Positions 16,990-26,947 are shown, counted from the stretch's first letter. The stretch is DNA of 64,000 bases from a virus (IMGVR_UViG_3300009095_000011:32001-96000), one strand, 5' to 3'. Notes: generated by a model from the sequence alone, not told the origin. Numbers and translations are program-made.

Positions 16990-17015
16990 ATACAAATATA
17001 AACGTTTTATCTATT
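16990..17015 (-). promoter_or_regulatory. Phage promoter facing into cassette array 2
   Basis: Minus strand cTTGCAtctaatagataaaacgttTATATTTGta matches the Bacteroidota TTG / TAnnTTTG consensus. Confidence 0.7.
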
Positions 17016-17038
17016 AGATGCAAGAAAAGTGTGGAGAA

Positions 17039-19636
17039 TTATACTCCACAAGTTCCACCACCAGTAAGTTCACAAACATCATGAAATTCTTCTTTAAATT
17101 CCTCACCAACCTTATCAATAGCTTCATGATATGGTACAATTGTTAATGGCTGTCCACCTCTGGCAGAATCTGGATAACAAGTGAAACCTCTCAATCTGTG
17201 AGCATATTTAAGTAATGTATGAGCAAAATGATCAACAAGAGATTCATTGTTGTATTTAGATCCCCACTTGGGAAAATTAATTGTTGACGAAATACTCATA
17301 TCAACATAATCTTGCACATCAGCTTGAAATCTTATCCTTCTTTCATAATCTTTTGCAAGATCAATTGCACTTTCAATTTTGTCTGGATTAATTCCAAATT
17401 GATTAATTAATATTTCGGCAGTTCCATCAACTACATATTGATAATGCCAATCTTTATCGCTTTTTAGATATCTTCTTTTGTAAGCAACTGCAAAAATAGG
17501 TTCAATTCCAGTTGAAGTTCCTGACAAAATCCCAATGCTGCCAGTAGGTGCAATTGCCCTATACGCAGCAGGTCTTGATATGCTTAATTGATCACATAAT
17601 TCATTAGCTGCATTTTCTGATTCATCTTTATAGACTTGCAACCACTGCCTTAATTCATCATTCATTTCATAATTATAATCTCTTTTCAATAACCATTCAT
17701 GAACACCCATAAGGCCAAGTCCCAATCTTCTATTTTTCTTTCTTACCTCATAAACTTTATCATAAGGCAAATCAGCCTTTAAGGTTCCACACACAAGGAA
17801 TTTACTCATTAAACGAACAACCATTCTGAATGTCTCTATATCATCAATTCTGGACATATTAAGAGACGCAAGGTTACAAACATCGCTATCATCTTCACTC
17901 ACCACTTCTGTGCAAGCATTTCTTAGAGTTTGATTTACTTTTTCAAAGAAATTAAAGCTAAAACCAGGTTCACCAGTTTGACAAGCTTGTCTACAATTTG
18001 TAAGAAATGTTGGAGGAATATGTTTTATTTCTAATTGTTCGCCTGCTAAATACTTAGCTTTAATTTGATCAATTGGTAATTGATAAACTTGCTCAAGAAA
18101 ATCATTGTCATAATTAAGACTTATGTTTGTCATATCTAATGGAGCAGGGAAATTAAAATCTTTCTCTTTTAATGTACCGACATTAGTATTGGCTATCTTT
18201 TGAGAATGCCAATCTTTAGCTTTAAGAAATTCAGGTATATCTCCATGTTGCCAATTGAGAGAAGCATAAATAGCTGAACGCCTTGAGCCACCTTGCATTA
18301 CTTCTCTACCAATTTCATTAATAATCCTCATTGCACTGACTGCACCAGAAGCTACACCACCAGTTTTTGACAATTTACTGCCACGTGGCCTATAAACACT
18401 ATAATCAATCCCTATTCCTCCACCTGTCATAAGACAAGATTGTGCTCTCCAAGATAAATTAGCCCATTCTTCACGTGTATCGCTTTCAGCTTTTAACAAG
18501 AAACAATTAAATGTATCAATATTATTTTCAAGTATAAATCTATTATACACAGGTTCATAAGGACAATAAACATCCTCTTTTCCTAATGATCTGATAGAAT
18601 CAACCTTAAACCCCTCCCACCTTTCGCCATAATTATAATTAATAGTATAAATTCTAGAATGTTTTTTATATGCCGTCTCTCTATCCTGAAATCTTTTTTC
18701 TCCACTTATAACTAATCCAGCACATATAGCATTATCTATAAAATAATCTATATGAGATTCTGTTACAGAATTTATTTTTTTTCCTACTTTCTCGCAAGCA
18801 TCTGCTTTAATCCACCCTAATATAAATCCACTTATATAGTCAGTAGTTTCATTTTTACTTGGTAACTCTTTAAAATTTATATCATTCCAAATTCTAATAA
18901 CAGCATCTCCATTATAAGTTTTTGGAAACTTGATATTATATTCAATATTAAGTTCTTTTAAATAATCTTCTACTTTATTTAAATAAGACATATTCTTTTC
19001 TCCACATAAACGAATCTTATGTGTATATTTTTGATCTTTGTTTCTTATTCTTTCAAGATTTCCATCGCCAAATATTAAACCATGAATCCATCCCCTTTTA
19101 CTAAAATTAGAAAATTTTCCAGCAGGAACTACATCACCGATTCGCAAATCATAAGTATCTTTACCATTTATTAAAGGCCAATGATGAGTTCTTGTAGATT
19201 TTATTTTATAAGATATGTTGGAATTGCCCCTAATTGGTTTAAATATAATTTCTTGCACATCTTGTTTCCCATGATAAATTATCTCAGAAGGATAATATTT
19301 ACCATCAATAGGAGATTTTAACATTAAAGTTTTTCCTACATTAGATTTTAAATCTTTTAATCCAAAATCAGTTAAGACCTTAGTTTCTCCCGCAAAGCAA
19401 TTGTTAAAAAATTTATTTTCTCTACCAGCATAATATAAATATCTACCTCCCGCAATTGCTTGCATATCAGTATGAATTTGAATTAATTGTCGTATTTCAT
19501 CTTTAGTAAGCAAATCTCCACAAACATCATTTATTAGTGTTTTACTTAATTTATCCCACGTTTCACAATCTTTGTGTGCATATTTGTGATTAAAAATGTC
19601 TTCGGAGAATTTACTTCTGAAATATTTCTGACTCAT
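17039..19636 (-). CDS. nrdJ: Class II (B12-dependent) ribonucleotide reductase containing an intein
   Basis: GGR, GGGIG, GGSRRSA, GEPG, RNACTE (NxCxE), CNLASLN, APTGS and a C-terminal Cys pair; no nrdB nearby. Confidence 0.9.
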   Translation of the reverse strand: MSQKYFRSKFSEDIFNHKYAHKDCETWDKLSKTLINDVCGDLLTKDEIRQLIQIHTDMQAIAGGRYLYYAGRENKFFNNCFAGETKVLTDFGLKDLKSNVGKTLMLKSPIDGKYYPSEIIYHGKQDVQEIIFKPIRGNSNISYKIKSTRTHHWPLINGKDTYDLRIGDVVPAGKFSNFSKRGWIHGLIFGDGNLERIRNKDQKYTHKIRLCGEKNMSYLNKVEDYLKELNIEYNIKFPKTYNGDAVIRIWNDINFKELPSKNETTDYISGFILGWIKADACEKVGKKINSVTESHIDYFIDNAICAGLVISGEKRFQDRETAYKKHSRIYTINYNYGERWEGFKVDSIRSLGKEDVYCPYEPVYNRFILENNIDTFNCFLLKAESDTREEWANLSWRAQSCLMTGGGIGIDYSVYRPRGSKLSKTGGVASGAVSAMRIINEIGREVMQGGSRRSAIYASLNWQHGDIPEFLKAKDWHSQKIANTNVGTLKEKDFNFPAPLDMTNISLNYDNDFLEQVYQLPIDQIKAKYLAGEQLEIKHIPPTFLTNCRQACQTGEPGFSFNFFEKVNQTLRNACTEVVSEDDSDVCNLASLNMSRIDDIETFRMVVRLMSKFLVCGTLKADLPYDKVYEVRKKNRRLGLGLMGVHEWLLKRDYNYEMNDELRQWLQVYKDESENAANELCDQLSISRPAAYRAIAPTGSIGILSGTSTGIEPIFAVAYKRRYLKSDKDWHYQYVVDGTAEILINQFGINPDKIESAIDLAKDYERRIRFQADVQDYVDMSISSTINFPKWGSKYNNESLVDHFAHTLLKYAHRLRGFTCYPDSARGGQPLTIVPYHEAIDKVGEEFKEEFHDVCELTGGGTCGV
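18506..19399 (-). mobile_element. Intein with LAGLIDADG homing endonuclease (298 aa)
   Basis: Starts CFAGETKVLT after ...FFNN and ends ...ENNIDTFN before CFLL; internal GLIFGDG and GWIKADA motifs. Confidence 0.9.
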
Positions 19637-19762
19637 GAAAATTATTAGTTTATGATTGAATAATAAGTAAACGATTTATAAAACAAAAGGGCTTCAAATT
19701 TACACAAATCAAGCCCCTTCTGGAAATTATCAATGAAATAAAATTAAATTAAAATTGACGAA

Positions 19763-19888
19763 TTATTTGGTTTTTACATCTTTGCGATAACCACATACTT
19801 TACAAATAATAATTGATTTATTACTATCTAATATGTGTGGAGTTTCAGTCTTGCATTTGTTGCAGTATTGATAGTGGCGTGGGGTCAT
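19763..19888 (-). CDS. Small zinc-finger protein (41 aa)
   Basis: Manual translation MTPRHYQYCNKCKTETPH...CKVCGYRK. Confidence 0.55.
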   Translation of the reverse strand: MTPRHYQYCNKCKTETPHILDSNKSIIICKVCGYRKDVKTK

Positions 19889-20539
19889 TTAAGTTATATT
19901 ATCATCAGTTGCTTCCCATGTCATTGAAAATTCTTTATCCTTAAACATCTCTAATAAACTTGATATTTGAGATAATCTTAACACTTCATCTGCATCCATG
20001 CCTAATTCTTTAGATATTTTATTAGTAGTCCAATTTCTTCTTTTTAAATCCATTACTATTTTTGACATAAGATCAACATTATGTTTTCCACGTGCTCTAT
20101 TATGTCTAATGGTTGAGGCTATCCTATCATTAATTCCTTCACGGTTTTTATTAATAGTTACAACGGGTAAATATCCCCTTATTCTGTTTCTTATATTGGA
20201 AGATTCTTTACCTATTTTATTACGATGAAATCCATCTATAACCTCCCTGTTACCATTTTCTTCAAGCATTGAAACAATAGGCTGAGTATAACCATCACAT
20301 TCAATAGAGTGTTCTAAAAGTTTAAATTCAGGTATTGCAACATTATTGGGATTATAACTATTGGCATGAATTTTATCACCCTTAATCCACAATACACAAT
20401 CCACAGGTTCATTTTCAAATGGAGAAATGGAATGCAGAAAAGACTTAATATTATTGAGTTGATTTACTTTTTCTTCAAATTCTAATTTCTCTAAATTTTC
20501 CCAAAGTTCAAAAAGTAATGATTCAATTTTTTCTTGCAT
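19889..20539 (-). CDS. ibrB: IbrB-like ParB-domain protein
   Basis: EPVDCVLW, ANSYNPN, GYTQPIV, IDGFHR, STIRHNRARGKH and a C-terminal HTH. Confidence 0.85.
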   Translation of the reverse strand: MQEKIESLLFELWENLEKLEFEEKVNQLNNIKSFLHSISPFENEPVDCVLWIKGDKIHANSYNPNNVAIPEFKLLEHSIECDGYTQPIVSMLEENGNREVIDGFHRNKIGKESSNIRNRIRGYLPVVTINKNREGINDRIASTIRHNRARGKHNVDLMSKIVMDLKRRNWTTNKISKELGMDADEVLRLSQISSLLEMFKDKEFSMTWEATDDNIT

Positions 20540-21107
20540 TTTTATTATATATAAATTTATATCCGTAAACTTGTTTTAATTTTCCATTGCAAACCAAACT
20601 AATATTGCCCTTATCGGCATTTTTATATTTAGTATTTTCTTTAATAAAAAATTCTGCTTCTTTAAGTGTTTCCCTTTGACAAATAAAATTATTATCTATA
20701 TCGAAAATATCTACATATCCACGCCAACAACTATTTTTATTTCCAACTCTTAATTTAGCTTTGTTACTTAATTTATTCCTTGTGTTATCATTAGATAATC
20801 CAATTTCCCATGCATGCTGAACATTTTCACTATTATTAACCCATTCTAAATTATCAATATGGTTGTTTTTTTTATTTCCATCTTTATGATTTACTATAGG
20901 TTTATTTTCTGGATTTGGAATAAAAGCTAAAGCAACGAGGCGATGGATATATAAATCTTTAAATGTAGTACAATAACCATTTTTAATTTGGTATTTTAAA
21001 ATCCTAATTCCTTTATTAAAGCTCTTAATTCTACCTAAATTAGAAACCTGATATTTTTCATATCCAGGAATGTCTTTCCATATTTCATTGCTCATTTTTA
21101 AGTCCAT
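20523..21107 (-). CDS. NUMOD4-HNH homing endonuclease
   Basis: EIWKDIPGYEKYQVSNLGRIKS (NUMOD4) and HRLVALAFIPNP...VNHKDGNKKNN...NLEW...EN (HNH). Confidence 0.92.
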   Translation of the reverse strand: MDLKMSNEIWKDIPGYEKYQVSNLGRIKSFNKGIRILKYQIKNGYCTTFKDLYIHRLVALAFIPNPENKPIVNHKDGNKKNNHIDNLEWVNNSENVQHAWEIGLSNDNTRNKLSNKAKLRVGNKNSCWRGYVDIFDIDNNFICQRETLKEAEFFIKENTKYKNADKGNISLVCNGKLKQVYGYKFIYNKNARKN

Positions 21108-21663
21108 AAGAATCTTTATCTATAGTCCAACTATTCATATATTGATGTTTTCTGAATGTATGAGCAATTCCAAGCTGTTGTTTGAGACGAATATATTCTT
21201 CTGTTTCCATACCGAGATTGCCTATGATTTCTTCATCCTCAAGTCCAAGATCATGTAACTTAACAACTAATTCACTCATTAATTCAACTTGATGCATACC
21301 TTTAATTCTATTCATAAGGACAGTTAATTGTACTGCATCTTCATGAGTCAACTGTAAATCAACTATGCAAGCTTTTTTTGACCCTATTCTTTTAAGAGTT
21401 TCAAATCTATGATAACCATCAATGATTCTATACATAGGCCTACCAACCTCTTCGCTTTTAGCTTTATTGTAAGTTGCAATTATAGGAAACAAGAAACCAT
21501 ATTTTTGAATACAATCTGCTAACAAGCTCATTTCAGTATCTGGCATTCGATTTGGATTGTAATCATTGGCAAATAATTGATCAATATTAACTTCAATTGC
21601 CTCAGTGGCTTTCATTTTTATTTCTTTCATATTATAGAGTTTTGTATTTACTGATTCTTTCAT
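21085..21663 (-). CDS. Second IbrB/ParB-like protein
   Basis: ANDYNPN, YGFLFPI, IIDGYHR and MNRIKG motifs. Confidence 0.82.
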   Translation of the reverse strand: MKESVNTKLYNMKEIKMKATEAIEVNIDQLFANDYNPNRMPDTEMSLLADCIQKYGFLFPIIATYNKAKSEEVGRPMYRIIDGYHRFETLKRIGSKKACIVDLQLTHEDAVQLTVLMNRIKGMHQVELMSELVVKLHDLGLEDEEIIGNLGMETEEYIRLKQQLGIAHTFRKHQYMNSWTIDKDSYGLKNEQ

Positions 21664-22603
21664 GAATGATATCTATATTTTCCTTTTCTTTTTCAATTAA
21701 AATATATGGTCTATTGATTTCCTCACAAGCAATACCAGTTGTTCCACTCCCTGCGTAAGGATCTAAAACTATCCCACCCTGTGGCATTTTAGTTAAGGTA
21801 CAAAGATACTTAATTAAAGCCAAAGGCTTAACAGTATCATGAGTATTGTTTAATCCTTTTTCTTCTTTCGTAGGTTTAGCACAATAGAAGAAATTAGAAG
21901 CTCCAAATTTTTGATTTTCTAATTCATCTTTAATCTCTTCATTAATAATAACATTAGCAGGCCAACGACCTTCTTTTGTTCTTTTAATACCAAAATGTTT
22001 CCCGTCAGTATTAATTCTTGCTCCATCAATCCAATATCCAGAAACTCCCCAATTTAAAGCATTATCATCATAATTGCCCTCAATTGGTTTTCTACATACA
22101 AGAATAGGTTCAAATGAAGGCTTTAATGCAGTTCCCCAACCATTCCATTCCTCAGCTTCATTTGAATTAGGCTTATTTATTTTGATAACTTTTTGTTCAT
22201 TATGTTTGCCACCCATTGGATTTTTATTTACTATTAATTCTTGCTGTATATCTCCAAGTCTATTTCGATTCTTATCAATGACATAAGCAATATCAACACT
22301 TTTGGGGAAACCACTACCATAAAGCCACATAATTGTATCCATTATATGAAATCCTGCTTCCTCTATGTTTACAGCAAGTCTATGAAACGTTCTACTGCCA
22401 CCAAAACAAAGCATCGTTCCTCCTGGCTTTAATACCCTAAACATTTTTTGAAAAGCTTCTATTGATGGGATTGAATAATCCCATTTATTACCTTTAAATT
22501 TTAAACCATAAGGTGGGTCAGTAATAATAGTAGTGATAAAATTATCTTCCATTTTATCAAGTACATTTTCACAACTATCGTGTATTATATTATTTGCATC
22601 CAT
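21632..22603 (-). CDS. DNA methyltransferase (N6-A/N4-C, beta class)
   Basis: TDPPY, H.TVKP..L and LDPYAGSGTT motifs. Confidence 0.92.
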   Translation of the reverse strand: MDANNIIHDSCENVLDKMEDNFITTIITDPPYGLKFKGNKWDYSIPSIEAFQKMFRVLKPGGTMLCFGGSRTFHRLAVNIEEAGFHIMDTIMWLYGSGFPKSVDIAYVIDKNRNRLGDIQQELIVNKNPMGGKHNEQKVIKINKPNSNEAEEWNGWGTALKPSFEPILVCRKPIEGNYDDNALNWGVSGYWIDGARINTDGKHFGIKRTKEGRWPANVIINEEIKDELENQKFGASNFFYCAKPTKEEKGLNNTHDTVKPLALIKYLCTLTKMPQGGIVLDPYAGSGTTGIACEEINRPYILIEKEKENIDIIHERISKYKTL

Positions 22604-23661
22604 TTTTCTCTCAATTTCTCTAATTGTTCATCTCTTTTGGTGTTAAAAGCTTTACTATTCTCATAGTCATTTATTAATAACTGCCCTACTTGAGCTTGAT
22701 AAACCTCTTCTTTTTTTGGTTGTTTGCTAAATCTTGCCTTAAATTTCTCTCTATGTTGATTTTCTGGAATATTTTCTAATAAGAAATCTCTATACTCCTC
22801 CCAACTCTTATAATGAGTTGGGAGTATTTTATTAGAAAAAATAAGTTTCTCAGTTCCATATCTCATAGCGGTTGAAATACCGCCTATTCGCTTACAAAGC
22901 TTATCGTATGTTTCGGGTTCATATTTGGGTAAAGTAATTAATGATTTCCATGCTTTCTCATGAATAAGATTAGAAACCCTCATTTTATTATAAATAGAAA
23001 CATTATCCATAAATTGAAGATCATATATTTTATTATATGGTATATTATAATCATAAATATATTTCCATACATCATATACAGTCCAGTCGTAAATCGGATA
23101 AAATTTCTTTATTCCATTTTGTACAGTACTCCATCTGATATTTTCCCAACCAACATATTTAGTAACTGCCCTAAACCTTATTACACCTTCTTCTGCCCTT
23201 ATCCCAACAAGATAAATAGCATCTTTATCTTTCCCCTCAAGGTAAGGGAATATTTCATAAAATCTTCTTGGATATTCTTCATCTATTGAATGTATTGAAT
23301 TAGGTTCTTTATCTCTCATCCATTGCTCACCCTCCCCCCATGCATAAAGAAAATAATCCGAATAACTTGTGGCATTAGTCATATAAACAGGAACCTGATA
23401 CCATAAGGGAATTACATTAGGGTGCTTCATTTGTTCCCTTATAATTTCTATTGATGCTGCATATTCTGCCTCCTGATCAAGGAAAAAAACATGTATTTTT
23501 CGATTTCTTTTGATTGCTTCTTGAAGTGCTAAATGATAAAGTACTGTACTATCTTTACCACTTGATATTGATACATGAATAGTTTCAAAAGTATCGAAAA
23601 GAAAAGACATCCTTTCTCTTGCAGCTTCAAGAACATTTTTATCTGGATTATATATTTTCAT
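22585..23661 (-). CDS. IbrA-like PAPS-reductase/PP-loop family protein (paralog 2)
   Basis: SISSGKDS, FLDQEAEY, VGIRAEE..R and YPIYDW motifs. Confidence 0.85.
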   Translation of the reverse strand: MKIYNPDKNVLEAARERMSFLFDTFETIHVSISSGKDSTVLYHLALQEAIKRNRKIHVFFLDQEAEYAASIEIIREQMKHPNVIPLWYQVPVYMTNATSYSDYFLYAWGEGEQWMRDKEPNSIHSIDEEYPRRFYEIFPYLEGKDKDAIYLVGIRAEEGVIRFRAVTKYVGWENIRWSTVQNGIKKFYPIYDWTVYDVWKYIYDYNIPYNKIYDLQFMDNVSIYNKMRVSNLIHEKAWKSLITLPKYEPETYDKLCKRIGGISTAMRYGTEKLIFSNKILPTHYKSWEEYRDFLLENIPENQHREKFKARFSKQPKKEEVYQAQVGQLLINDYENSKAFNTKRDEQLEKLREKWMQII

Positions 23662-24421
23662 TCTTTGTAACTTGAATAATTTTATTAAATGTATTTAGCC
23701 TTCTTATATTTTCTTCATGAAGAAATTTATAAACTCCCAATTCTGGCAATAAGTAAACTTCATTTTCTTTATAAGAATCTATTGAATAATTAATACCAAA
23801 CTTATTATTACACATCTTTAATAAATTATTAATCCAAAGCTTAGGGGAAGTATATTTATTAAAAACAAATTCTTTAGCTTCATCATACCATTGCAAATCA
23901 ACATCATTAAGATCATAAAAATCTGCCTTGTATGAAAGCATATCTATATCGGAATATGTATCTGTAATACAAAATCCAATATTGTCAGAATCTAAACGAC
24001 AATTATTTTTGTCCCTAAGAAACCAATGTTTCCATTCTGTTTCAATAGTATAACTATAAGGAATAGCAAATTTACCAGTGCCACAAAGTCCATAATGAAA
24101 CCAAAAACGCCAAGGTTCCCCAATAAATGGTAAATGATCTATGCTCATTTTAGGAATATCCCTTGTTATAGTAAAAAGATGCTCAAGCACAAAATCAGTT
24201 CTATTACTTGGGGTCATAATTTTATTTAGACCAAAAAATATTAACAAATTAGCATGTATATTGTGATAAATGGTTTTGTATTCTTGGAATTCTATATTGC
24301 CCCTTATTCCTGGTATATCTGGTATATCATATCCTTCTTTGTAAATTACCCATGTATCTTCTGGTAATTCCGGTAATTTTACAGTTTTTAAATCTTTAAG
24401 AAATTGTATTTTAGGAATCAT
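23648..24421 (-). CDS. Hypothetical protein in the modification cluster
   Basis: ORF track, 257 aa; overlaps both neighbours. Confidence 0.65.
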   Translation of the reverse strand: MIPKIQFLKDLKTVKLPELPEDTWVIYKEGYDIPDIPGIRGNIEFQEYKTIYHNIHANLLIFFGLNKIMTPSNRTDFVLEHLFTITRDIPKMSIDHLPFIGEPWRFWFHYGLCGTGKFAIPYSYTIETEWKHWFLRDKNNCRLDSDNIGFCITDTYSDIDMLSYKADFYDLNDVDLQWYDEAKEFVFNKYTSPKLWINNLLKMCNNKFGINYSIDSYKENEVYLLPELGVYKFLHEENIRRLNTFNKIIQVTKNENI

Positions 24422-24974
24422 AACCCATATATTTTTTAGCTATGTAATATACACACTTTTTATTTAAATCAGAACATATAAAATTTTTAAATTTAGAAGC
24501 CACATTGCCATATCCACAATTAAAATCCAATACTGTATTAAATTTTTCAGAAAGCTTATCTATTGCTTCCCAATTATCTTTAAATTCAACCTTATCATGA
24601 TTCCATATAGCCAACAAAGAAGAGTATCCGTGTAATTGTATTTCAGTAATATAATCTGGATTTAATTTATTAATGGCATGTTTGCCTGTAATGATAAAAG
24701 TGGGTTTTTTTAATTCATTTATTATTCTCTGAATAGAGAACAAATATAAATTAAAATCATCATTTTTACAATCCGTACGATCAATAAAAGTTTTATATCC
24801 ACTTCTCCATGCTGGCTCAGAATAAATCACATCAGCTTCATAAAACAATGGCAAAACGCCATCTATTAAATTATGAGCTATGACATGAGAATTATTATAT
24901 TTATAATAATCTAATTCTTTTAAATTTTGAATTTCATCCGTAAGTGCAGAATGATAATTTTTAGATACTTTCAT
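24411..24974 (-). CDS. Divergent methyltransferase-fold protein
   Basis: DVIYSEPAW (DPPW-like) and VLDFNCGYG (SAM-binding-like) motifs. Confidence 0.55.
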   Translation of the reverse strand: MKVSKNYHSALTDEIQNLKELDYYKYNNSHVIAHNLIDGVLPLFYEADVIYSEPAWRSGYKTFIDRTDCKNDDFNLYLFSIQRIINELKKPTFIITGKHAINKLNPDYITEIQLHGYSSLLAIWNHDKVEFKDNWEAIDKLSEKFNTVLDFNCGYGNVASKFKNFICSDLNKKCVYYIAKKYMGYDS

Positions 24975-26154
24975 GGTTTTTGTTTTTTCTCATTTTTAAT
25001 ACTAATCCATACATTTCAGTTTTAGGTTGTGATTTACCCAATCCCTTCATGTAATAATCATTTTTTAAAATACATTTAGTAATTAATCTCCAACTTGGAA
25101 CCTTACCAGTTTTTTCAAGACAGCCTGGAACTTCATCCGGTATTCCTTTTGGATACCCTCTATCTTTCCATAATTTAACATAAGAATCAATTATATTATT
25201 GTAATGATTTTTGGTTTTATCAGGAATTGAATTTAATAATAAATTGGAAATTTCCCGCCATGTTGTATTTTTAGGCTTTTGTATATTATTATAATTATTT
25301 TCCTTTATATATAAAGCTCCGCTATTAACTCCACTAACTCTATTTACAACCTTTGACCAAGTTTCCGGTTCTACAATATGAAATAACCATAATCCTATTT
25401 TTTGCTCATCACCATAGGGCTGACATATTCTTTGATGCCTTAATGGAACACCTGCCTTATGCATTAATTCATACAATTCATTATATTTCTTTTCTGGATT
25501 ATTACAATGATAAATCCAAATATCTTCTGTTTCCCAATCATAAATCGGATAAACATTAAATAAATTTTCTGAAATTTGAGTAGTAAATAAGTTTGAATCT
25601 AATGTTTTTTTATTGAGATTATAAATAGCCCTAAACCTATTTAAACTCTCATTTGTTCTAATTCCAACTAAACAGGCAGTTTTTTTATTATCAGAATACC
25701 ATTTCCCAAATTCAAACATAAATTCTTCAAACTCCATTCCTTTATTGAAAAAGGAAAAATAATTTTCATCACTTATAGATTTTTCTGGCAAATCCCTAAC
25801 CCAATCATTTTTTCGATCTTTATCCCAACATATCCATGAAGGTTCATATACACTAACGGCATTTCTTAATTTTAATGGAAGAGCAATCCAATATAAATCT
25901 ATATAATCTCTGTATTCTTCAATACAATTTTTTAAATGATCTATAGTTAATTTATATTGAGCTTCTAAATCTATTACTAATACACCTATTTTTTTATTTC
26001 TTCTTTTTGCTTCATCCATAGCGAGATGAAGCATTACTGTTGAATCTTTGCCAGCACTAAAACATAAATAAATTTTATCAAATGAATCAAAAGTCCATTT
26101 TATTCTTTGCTTCGCAGCTTCATAAACATTAATATCTAATCTATATTTAGGCAT
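24961..26154 (-). CDS. ibrA: IbrA-like PAPS-reductase/DUF3440 protein (paralog 1)
   Basis: FSAGKDS, IDLEAQY, LRNAVS, VGIRTNESLNR, YPIYDW, QRICQPYG and PSWR motifs. Confidence 0.87.
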   Translation of the reverse strand: MPKYRLDINVYEAAKQRIKWTFDSFDKIYLCFSAGKDSTVMLHLAMDEAKRRNKKIGVLVIDLEAQYKLTIDHLKNCIEEYRDYIDLYWIALPLKLRNAVSVYEPSWICWDKDRKNDWVRDLPEKSISDENYFSFFNKGMEFEEFMFEFGKWYSDNKKTACLVGIRTNESLNRFRAIYNLNKKTLDSNLFTTQISENLFNVYPIYDWETEDIWIYHCNNPEKKYNELYELMHKAGVPLRHQRICQPYGDEQKIGLWLFHIVEPETWSKVVNRVSGVNSGALYIKENNYNNIQKPKNTTWREISNLLLNSIPDKTKNHYNNIIDSYVKLWKDRGYPKGIPDEVPGCLEKTGKVPSWRLITKCILKNDYYMKGLGKSQPKTEMYGLVLKMRKNKNHESI

Positions 26155-26525
26155 ATTAAATCTTTATTATGCAATTCCCATTTATAAATTAATTCTTGTG
26201 CTATTTTATCAGATCTGTCTTGGACTTCTTTAGAAAGTAAATTCCAAGCTTCCATTGTTATTACATGAGGTATTTTTTGATAAGCCGCACATGCTGCCTG
26301 ACCCAACCACGCTATTCTATTAAGACTTGTATTTGATAAATTATGCTCACAAGAATATTTCCAGTTCTCAACAACAAAAGACATCATTTCTTTTGTTAAA
26401 TGTTCGTTATTGAACATTTTAATTGAATACTGTATTTTTTGTTCTTTTTTTATTCCAGAACAATTGCCATAAAAATTATTATGAAAATCTTCCCAAAGAT
26501 GGTAGGGGTGCCAAATTCTTTTCAT
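26136..26525 (-). CDS. Hypothetical protein upstream of the ibrA-like gene
   Basis: RIWHPYHLWED...WKYSCEHNL...NRIAWLGQAAC; overlaps the ibrA-like start. Confidence 0.7.
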   Translation of the reverse strand: MKRIWHPYHLWEDFHNNFYGNCSGIKKEQKIQYSIKMFNNEHLTKEMMSFVVENWKYSCEHNLSNTSLNRIAWLGQAACAAYQKIPHVITMEAWNLLSKEVQDRSDKIAQELIYKWELHNKDLICLNID

Positions 26526-26947
26526 TATTTACCAGTTGATCCAAATCCATTTTCTCCACGTTCTGATTCATTAAGCTCTTTTACCTCAATAAATTCAATA
26601 ACATTAACATTTTCAACATGAATTTGACCTATACGATCGCCTACTTTATAATTTGGCAAAGATGGGATTATATTATAGAAATGAAATAAATATTCTCCTG
26701 TATATCCATAATCTCCCGTTGCTGTTGAATTAGATAAAATAAGTCCTGTTTTATAAATTGATGATCGAGGTCTTAAATCTAATCTTGTTCCCTCTGGTAT
26801 CTCAAAAGACAATCCTATTCCATATCTTATAATTCCATTGCCCAAATCATCCATTGAAGTAGCATATACATCAAAACATGCATCTGTTGGATATTTTTGA
26901 TAAGGTTCTTTGGCTAATGGGTGTAGCTTTTTAAATTTTACTTTCAT
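26525..26947 (-). CDS. dut: Trimeric dUTPase
   Basis: RPRSS, DYGYTGE, GDRIGQ and RGENGFGSTG motifs. Confidence 0.92.
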   Translation of the reverse strand: MKVKFKKLHPLAKEPYQKYPTDACFDVYATSMDDLGNGIIRYGIGLSFEIPEGTRLDLRPRSSIYKTGLILSNSTATGDYGYTGEYLFHFYNIIPSLPNYKVGDRIGQIHVENVNVIEFIEVKELNESERGENGFGSTGK

